Shown one piece after another: positions 28,007 to 37,961 of a stretch of 37,961 nucleotides of DNA. This stretch comes from an uncultured Alphaproteobacteria bacterium (lineage in GTDB: Bacteria > Pseudomonadota > Alphaproteobacteria > CASFRQ01 > SAAU01), in contig CASFRQ010000178.1 in NCBI GenBank assembly GCA_949296785.1, positions 1 to 37,961 of the forward strand, given 5' to 3'. The translations under genes were made by a program, and so were the position numbers. The stretch's first letter is position 1, and every line of letters begins with the position of its first letter. The notes under the pieces were generated by a model that was given only the letters and a program-made list of their open reading frames with translations, was not told the origin of the DNA and made no database searches.

Positions 28007-29023
28007 ACCGTTTACTTCAGAACGACAAAAGGGTAATCGCTGTTTTTTAAACTCACAGCCGTACGAAGAAAAACATCCTTTTCAATATAAAATTATTTTC
28101 CAGGGAAAACCCAATTGCTGTTTTCCAACGCAGAATACGACCTAACAGCGGAGGAAGAAAGTTTCAGCCCCCAACATTATCACTACTTCTCCAACATAGC
28201 ATACTCCAAGAAGATCAATATAATCGGATTATCCGAGTTTAAAAACCTGAGCCTTTTGCATATCCGAATATATTTTTGACATATCCTTCAATAAAAACCA
28301 ATCGGCAGATGAGGAAAGCGTCCGCGAAAAACCGCAAAACAATTGCTTTTAATTTTGCCTTCATTGACAAAAAGTATTTTACGCTCCCTTCTTATTTTTT
28401 ACCATGCCCTATATCCTTTACACATTTTGCTTCGTCTGCCATAAAAAAATCAGCAGAAACATATCATATTTTATAAATGTCCTTATTTTCAAAATTTCAG
28501 AATGTGAGTGTCTTATTCCCTTCAAAAACCGTTAAGGATTTTAACGGCCGAGAAACAAAAACGCCTTGCCAAACACCTTCCGAAACGAATATGGGAAATT
28601 TGGAAGAAACTTCCTCTGATTACCAATATTTTCCCGAAAAAAGAAGGCACGGACACCGTAACCCCTCAAAATTCATCATTTATATGATTGAAGAAAGGAA
28701 CGATTAAAACGAATAAATTCCGCTATAACAGGTATCAAAAATAAAATTCTTAAGATTTCTGACCATACAATTCTCCCCTTTTTATATTTTTCAGAAAAGT
28801 CAAAAAGTATCGTCCTTTTTTAATAAAAAAAGACAAGAACCGAAAATAAAATTTTGGAGAAGAGCAGAATTATAAAAAGCAAAAATCAAAACGATAAAAG
28901 AAAACTATCGCAGTTATTTTACAAAAATACCTTAAAACCAAAATAATAAAAATAAAACTTGATAATACACTGAAATTTTAATATTTTTTAGAAAGATATT
29001 GTGAGAAATCCAATATCTCGGGC

Positions 29024-29131
29024 GTAGTAACCCGCTTCATTATAACCATCCGCGAGGGTGGAGATTGACGAATAAGGAATTTTCCGAATAAGTCAAACTG
29101 CTTTATAATGATAGGTTACTACTCTCCACCC
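29024..29131. repeat. Compound inverted-repeat / pseudoknot-capable element
   Basis: GTAGTAACC (29024-29032) pairs with GGTTACTAC (29114-29122). TCATTATAA (29037-29045) pairs with TTATAATGA (29103-29111). GGGTGGAGA (29056-29064) pairs with TCTCCACCC (29123-29131). All three are perfect 9-mers. The third pair crosses the first two. Confidence 0.6.
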
Positions 29132-29273
29132 GCCTTTGATGCTTTCTTTCGGATAATCCTCCAAATTTTGAATTTTTTCATGCTTCTTCTTCGGTTTCAA
29201 CGGAAGAATATGTTTTTATTTCCAGAACCTTCCAATTTTTTTGTAATAAAAAAGAAGCTTTTCTTTAGATATC

Positions 29274-29429
29274 TTATATTTTTTCAGGACAATTCACTTG
29301 GGCCAATATTTTTCCCATAGCCACATTGTAACCGGCTAAACCTCCGACAGACAGGACACTGATGATAGGCAACACGCCTAACATTTCTATCATACTGCGC
29401 CCGGATTGAGTTGTTCCTCTTCTATTCAT
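29274..29429 (-). pseudogene. Type IV pilin-like gene fragment: leader plus N-terminal hydrophobic helix only (51 codons, then a stop)
   Basis: Below the ORF-track size cutoff. AGAGGA SD lies 6 nt upstream of ATG 29429. Translation: MNRRGTTQSGRSMIEMLGVLPIISVLSVGGLAGYNVAMGKILAQVNCPEKI-stop. It has a basic leader, a Gly, and a Glu five residues after that Gly, followed by a hydrophobic helix. No globular domain follows. Confidence 0.55.
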
Positions 29430-29621
29430 TTTTATCCTCTTTTATTTCTTTTAGAAGGAAACAAAACAAGAGAGGAAGAAAATAAAAAAGAGGTAAGCAA
29501 CCATCCTGACAAACCATTTAAAATAAAGCTCCAAAAAGGCGAACCATGGTAGAGATGCTCAATGTCTTAACCATTATCGGTTTTGCCAGTCGGCGGCTTA
29601 GCCGGTTACAGTATGGCCATG
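29316..29621. repeat. Imperfect inverted repeat formed by the two pilin N-terminal coding segments, flanking a 240-bp promoter/leader segment
   Basis: Arms are 29316-29393 and 29546-29621. The 21-nt core GTCGG[A/C]GG[T/C]TTAGCCGGTTAC lies at 29328-29348 (minus sense) and 29589-29609 (plus sense), with 19/21 identical and the same codon phase in both copies. Confidence 0.8.
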
Positions 29622-30023
29622 CAGAAGATTAGGATTAACAAAGTGATTGAAGAGATTCAAATACTTTCTTCTTTTTTTAATGAATTCAGCCTCAACTATA
29701 AAAAAGGAAACGAGAATTTTAATTATCGCGATTATGCCGATTCTTCCCATTTGGCTGAAGCACTGGCCACTGCAGGAGGAAAACGGTCCAGTATAGGAAG
29801 TAGTTGGGAGGAAAACTCTTCTTATTACCTGGATTTAACAAACATTTCCAACGAATTATGCTTATCTTTCATTTCACAACTTGATGACGGAACAGGTCCT
29901 ATCAGAGTAGGAAACACGGAATCTGCAAGGCCCAAGCTTAATTCTGAAGAAGCCAGGAACATATGTCAAAAAGAGGAAGACGCCGACGGTTTAAATATTT
30001 TTTTATATTTTGGATACAGATAA
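29546..30023 (+). pseudogene. Type IV pilin-like gene body lacking a functional leader/start (frameshifted decayed N-terminus plus an intact 146-codon body)
   Basis: Track ORF 29583..30023 starts inside the pilin helix (LPVGGLAGYSMAMQKIRINKVIEEIQ...) and has a C-terminal Cys pair (ELC...NIC). Frame-shifted upstream (29546-29588) is KRRTMVEMLNVLTIIG, a decayed copy of the helix start. It is separated from the body by a 2-nt length difference relative to the minus-strand copy and has no leader Met/Gly. Confidence 0.5.
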
Positions 30024-30288
30024 AAAATCTTATATAAGGTCATAAAATCAGCGAAAACATCACCTCTTCTTTTTATATTCAAAAAAACAAAGAACGACTT
30101 TCTGTTTTTTTCTCTTTTTTCCAACATTGCCTTAAAAGTAATTTCTGAGGCCTTTTGCGCTTTATCAAACCTAAAAAACAATAGACAGGAAAGAGTTTTT
30201 CGCTTAATCTGGCGAAAACGGAATTTTCGGTAAGAAAGAGAATCATCTTTCTTAAACAGTAAAAACTTTCAGCGGGCAAAATACGGAA

Positions 30289-31638
30289 ATGAGAAAGCTT
30301 TTTTTTCTTTTAATACTATGGATGACAGCAGTGGCAGGTTTGCCGGCTTTCTTCTTCCCCGAACAGGCGCAGGCGGCAAGAATCAAGGCCGCACTTATTG
30401 CCGATGCAGACAGCGGCTATGTCCTTTACGCGGACAAAGCGGATGAGGAAATATATCCCGCCTCCTTAACCAAGCTGATGACTTTGTATTTGACCTTCCA
30501 GGCCTTGGACAACGGCGTTTTAAGGATGGAGGACGAACTTTTGATTTCCAAAAAAGCGGCGGCGAAACCCGCCTCCAAAATCTACTTAAAGCCCGAAACC
30601 ACCCTGACCGTCAAAGAGGCCGTCATGGCCCTCATCGTCAAGTCCGCCAATGATGTGGCGGCCGTGTTGGGGGAGGCTTTGGCCGGTTCCGAAGAAGAGT
30701 TTGCCGACATGATGACAAAAGCGGCGCATGATTTGGGCATGAACAGGACGGTTTTTAAAAACGCCTCCGGTCTGCATCATAAAAAGCAAGTTTCCACCGC
30801 AAGGGATATGGCGGTTTTGGCCTTGGCGCTCATTAACCATTTTCCGCAGTATTATCCGCTTTTCACGACAAAAGTCGCCACCATTCAAGGAAAAATCTAC
30901 GGTAATCACAACAACATCATCCGCCTGTACAAAGGGGCGGAAGGGTTAAAAACCGGCTATTTGAATGCTTGCGGTTATCATGTCATTTCCACCTGCCGAA
31001 AAAAAGATATGCGCCTTGTGGCCGTCAGCCTGGGGCAACCTTCCGTCAAAGCCAGGGACGACAGCATGGTCAAACTGCTGGACAAAGGCTTCAAAAAAAT
31101 GGAAGAGTTGCGCGCCAAACAAAAGGATACTGCGGCAAAAGACAATCCTTTTAAAAAGCGCCCTGTTTTAAATGAAACGGATAAAAAAAACTATTTGCCG
31201 AAAATGCGCGCCTCCGTCCAGTTGATGAAAGAGGATATCCTTTCTTTAAAAAACACCCGGCAAATCGCTTTGCCGGCCGATAAAACCGGCGGACTTAAAA
31301 ATCAAAAAATCTCTCTGCCTTTGCAAGGGGACAACGAATCGTACTGGCAGGTACAGGCAGGTGCCTACGCTTCTTTGCCGACGGCTCTAAAAAAAGCGCA
31401 GAATATTGAGCAAATGATGGGAGAAACGGGAATTGTGCAAATCCTGCCCTTCGGAGATTTATGGCGAGTTCGCATTTTCGGCCTGGAAAATGAAAAAAAA
31501 GCTCTGGAAGTTTCTAGACTTTTGCAAAAAAATAAATTACCTTGTTTTATCATCGCTCCCAAAACCGATGGGAACAAAGACGCTCCAAACGGGGAAACGG
31601 AATACCCGTCCCTGCTGATTAAAAAGGATGAAAAATGA
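30289..31638 (+). CDS. D-alanyl-D-alanine carboxypeptidase (S11, PBP5/6-like) with a C-terminal SPOR domain
   Basis: 449 aa with a signal peptide. Contains SxxK (ASLTK), SxN (KSAND) and KTG (LKTGY). The C-terminal YWQVQAGAYASLPTALKKAQ...WRVRIFGLENEKKALEV is SPOR-like. Confidence 0.88.
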   Translation: MRKLFFLLILWMTAVAGLPAFFFPEQAQAARIKAALIADADSGYVLYADKADEEIYPASLTKLMTLYLTFQALDNGVLRMEDELLISKKAAAKPASKIYLKPETTLTVKEAVMALIVKSANDVAAVLGEALAGSEEEFADMMTKAAHDLGMNRTVFKNASGLHHKKQVSTARDMAVLALALINHFPQYYPLFTTKVATIQGKIYGNHNNIIRLYKGAEGLKTGYLNACGYHVISTCRKKDMRLVAVSLGQPSVKARDDSMVKLLDKGFKKMEELRAKQKDTAAKDNPFKKRPVLNETDKKNYLPKMRASVQLMKEDILSLKNTRQIALPADKTGGLKNQKISLPLQGDNESYWQVQAGAYASLPTALKKAQNIEQMMGETGIVQILPFGDLWRVRIFGLENEKKALEVSRLLQKNKLPCFIIAPKTDGNKDAPNGETEYPSLLIKKDEK

Positions 31639-32555
31639 AAAAAAAGTGGTTGTTTGTCTGTTTCCTCTCTTTGGCTTTAACCGGATGTGCCGCCGATACG
31701 ACACCGCAGGAATCCGGAAAAAGCCCGGAACAAATGTACTTGGACGCCATGACTTTGATGGATGAAGGGGAAGCGACTTTGGCCATCAAAGAGCTTGATG
31801 CTTTGGAAAGAGACCACCCGTATTCCGTCTGGGCGTCCAGAGGGCAGATTATGGCCGCCTACCTTTCCTACCGAACGGAGGAATACACGGACGCCCTGCT
31901 GATTCTTGACCGTTTTTTGCAAATCCATCCGGGCAATAAAAACGCGCCTTATGCTTATTATTTAAAAGGACTGTGCTATTTTGAACAGATTTCCGATATC
32001 CAGAGGGAACAGGAAAACACCATCCAAGCGTTAAAAGCGTTTCAGGAATTGCTTTTAAGATTCCCCAACTCCCCTTATAAAGACGACGCTTTGAATAAAA
32101 TCGCCTTTATCCAAAACCAGTTGGCCGGAAAAGAAATGGCTCTGGGCCGATATTATCTGACACGGGAAGTTTTTCCGCCGGCCATCAACCATTTTCAGAC
32201 GGTTTTGGAGGAGTATCCTCAGACAAACCAAGCGCCGGAAGCTTTTTATCGCCTGATGGAAGCGTATATTTCCCTCGGAATGAACAATCAAGCTTTGGAG
32301 GCAAACAAAATCCTTCAGGAAAAATATCCGAAAGACAATTGGAGCCGCAGGGCGCGACGCCTTTTAAAGAATCACCCTGTCCAAGTGAAAGACTCTGCCC
32401 CAAACGCCTCTTTCGGCTTAGAGGAAAGCGAGAAAGGACAAAAAAAGAAAACTGACAAGGGAAATGAGGCAAAAACACGAAAAGGAACAAATCTTTCCCC
32501 TCGGCAGACAACGAACGAGGAAAACCCATCAGCCAAAAGAACGGGTAAAAAATAA
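31635..32555 (+). CDS. bamD: Outer membrane protein assembly factor BamD (TPR lipoprotein) with a basic low-complexity tail
   Basis: 306 aa. Lipobox LALTGC. The TPR-like body matches the YfiO pattern (YLKGLCYFEQ, FQELLLRFPNSPY). It precedes recN-ligA, as is common in Alphaproteobacteria. ATGA overlap with the upstream gene. Confidence 0.85.
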   Translation: MKKKWLFVCFLSLALTGCAADTTPQESGKSPEQMYLDAMTLMDEGEATLAIKELDALERDHPYSVWASRGQIMAAYLSYRTEEYTDALLILDRFLQIHPGNKNAPYAYYLKGLCYFEQISDIQREQENTIQALKAFQELLLRFPNSPYKDDALNKIAFIQNQLAGKEMALGRYYLTREVFPPAINHFQTVLEEYPQTNQAPEAFYRLMEAYISLGMNNQALEANKILQEKYPKDNWSRRARRLLKNHPVQVKDSAPNASFGLEESEKGQKKKTDKGNEAKTRKGTNLSPRQTTNEENPSAKRTGKK

Positions 32556-32688
32556 GGGGATTTCCGCCTTTGTCCTGCCTTTTGAAGTTTTTGAAAACGG
32601 CAAACAGATGAAAAAACTAAAGGCCAAAAGAACAAAAGAATAAAATAAAAGATAAAAAAGAAACACAAAAAAAGAAAGGCTTGATTAA

Positions 32689-36797
<4,109 letters not shown>

Positions 36798-36840
36798 AAT
36801 ACATAAAAATAGGTTCAAACAGACGAACGGGAGTTACGAC

Positions 36841-37961
36841 ATGGTGGATGAAACAAACGATGAAATTCTGGAAAAAACAAACGCCGTCCAACCGGATGAA
36901 ACGGAAAACGATATCCTGTCCGATTCTCTTTTGGATGAAAATTCTCCTGAAAACGATGTTTCGGATATTCAGGAAGACGCTTTGTTTGAACCAAGGCGCC
37001 CTTCCGCTGGTCGGGAAGAAAACGACGAGGGTCTTTTGGAAAATGAAAGTCCTTTCGCTTTGGAGGATGAAACCGTTAACGACAGTATTGTTCTGCCGCC
37101 GCGCGTTCCTCAGAATCCGTTTTCCGAAAATGACGCTTTAAAAACGGAAGAAGAGCAGACTCCGGAAGAGGAAAACCTTATTCAAGAGGAAGAAAATTCA
37201 GAAGAAACCGCCCTTTCCTCCGACAAAATCTCGGAAGAAAAAGCGGATGCTTCAACGAATGAACAAGAAACCGTTGAACAAAACCTGAAGGAAGATTCCC
37301 CTATCGGCCATACCGAAGAAACTTTAAGAACCACCGACGAAACAGAAGAAGGGGGGGAAAATGTTCCCGAAACACCTTTCATGGCTGGACCGCCAAAATC
37401 ACACAATTTTGTTCAAAATACAGACTTAAGCGAAGAAAACTCTTCCGGTTCCGAAGAAAATGCCGAGGATATAGTCACTCCAAGAGAGGAAGAATCGGTT
37501 CAGGCTGTTGAAAATAAAGAAATGCCTGAGGAAACAAAAGAAGAAAACAAAGAGAAGGATGAAAAGGGGCCTGCTCCCGGACGGGCGCGCGGTTTTTTCC
37601 GGGAAGCGGCAAAGAGGGTTGTCATTCGTCCCGCAAACCAAGATGCAAATCTGCCCCCTCCGCCTTCTTTTAAAAACGATGTCAAAAAAGTTTTAAAATA
37701 TTTCTTTTTTATACCGATGGTCATCCTCCTGCTTATTGCGGGAGGGATATTTGGGACCGTTTTCTTCATATCTCCCTATTTTATCCGGTCTTTTTTGGAC
37801 AGCAAGGGATTAACCGGGGTAACCTACACCGTTGAAAGCAAGGGATTGACGGAAATGACCCTTGCCAATGTCAAAGATACGGAGGGGAATTTTGAAATCG
37901 GGAAAATTATTTTAAAGTATGATTTGCTTGACTTCTTCAAAAAAAGAATCCGCATCATGAG
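36841..37961 (+). CDS. Hypothetical membrane protein, 3' partial: an acidic low-complexity N-terminal region of about 285 aa, one TM segment, then the start of a beta-rich domain (possibly AsmA/YdbH-like)
   Basis: Missing from the ORF track because the frame is open to the window end. I checked all 373 codons by hand and found no stop. GGGAG lies 7 nt before ATG 36841. The TM segment YFFFIPMVILLLIAGGIFGTVFFISPYF is at about 37699-37785. The family assignment is weak. Confidence 0.7.
   Translation, partial: MVDETNDEILEKTNAVQPDETENDILSDSLLDENSPENDVSDIQEDALFEPRRPSAGREENDEGLLENESPFALEDETVNDSIVLPPRVPQNPFSENDALKTEEEQTPEEENLIQEEENSEETALSSDKISEEKADASTNEQETVEQNLKEDSPIGHTEETLRTTDETEEGGENVPETPFMAGPPKSHNFVQNTDLSEENSSGSEENAEDIVTPREEESVQAVENKEMPEETKEENKEKDEKGPAPGRARGFFREAAKRVVIRPANQDANLPPPPSFKNDVKKVLKYFFFIPMVILLLIAGGIFGTVFFISPYFIRSFLDSKGLTGVTYTVESKGLTEMTLANVKDTEGNFEIGKIILKYDLLDFFKKRIRIM

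Noticed and set aside
28276-28707. Back-to-back ORFs 28276..28476 and 28477..28707
   Set aside because: They have no SD and no motifs, and they lie in the AT-rich decayed stretch. Their translations are not membrane-, signal- or domain-like, so I treat them as chance ORFs or unrecognisable relics.
27941-29300. Search for tRNA, tmRNA (including two-piece alphaproteobacterial ssrA), SRP or RNase P RNA in this and the other long spacers
   Set aside because: I found no T-loop (GGTTCGAnnCC-type), no acceptor-CCA context and no SRP GGAAGCAGCC-type motif by eye. This is not excluded, but nothing supports a call.
29108-29320. 70-aa plus-strand ORF
   Set aside because: It overlaps the repeat element and the 3' part of the minus-strand pilin fragment in antisense. 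Its F/L/I-rich translation is typical of AT-rich noise.
29966-30279. Minus-strand ORFs 29966..30181 and 30079..30279
   Set aside because: They lie in the AT-rich intergenic region upstream of the carboxypeptidase gene. They are K/F-rich, have no SD, and one overlaps the end of the pilin body ORF.
32556-32688. Possible terminator hairpin after bamD (TGCCTTTTGAA...TTGAAAACGGCA)
   Set aside because: The stem is interrupted by a bulge and a G-G mismatch and is not followed by a T run. It is too weak to annotate.

Overview
The gene order and protein signatures suggest a moderately AT-rich alphaproteobacterial-type chromosome segment (inference). Bases 1-17633 hold a division/cell-wall (dcw) cluster on the minus strand: mraZ-rsmH-ftsL-ftsI-murE/murF-mraY-ftsW-murG-murC-murB-ftsQ-ftsA-ftsZ, with ftsZ running off the left edge. 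The cluster has several oddities. murE and a divergent murF-like domain are fused into one 1027-codon ORF. murD and ddl are absent from their usual slots. The ftsZ frame stays open for 212 codons upstream of the conserved core. Bases 17634-20405 are a visibly AT-richer insert with two tandem, near-identical secreted Cys-containing paralogs. These converge on a signal-less GH108-type muramidase that carries an unrecognised N-terminal region. Next come a fused lplT-aas gene (minus strand) and tpiA-secG-kdsA-eno (plus strand, with no pyrG between secG and kdsA). A gene-poor AT-rich stretch (27941-30288) follows; it contains two divergent halves of a type IV pilin-like gene arranged as if split by a DNA inversion. 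The window ends with a D,D-carboxypeptidase-SPOR gene, bamD, recN, ligA and a 3'-partial acidic membrane-protein ORF. Several housekeeping proteins carry E/K/S/T-rich low-complexity extensions or insertions. I recognised no rRNA, tRNA, CRISPR array, transposase or integrase. The two items I would follow up first are the candidate pilin inversion switch at 29.3-30.0 kb and the muramidase plus tandem secreted paralog locus at 18.0-20.2 kb. All homology calls come from motif recognition by eye, not database searches.
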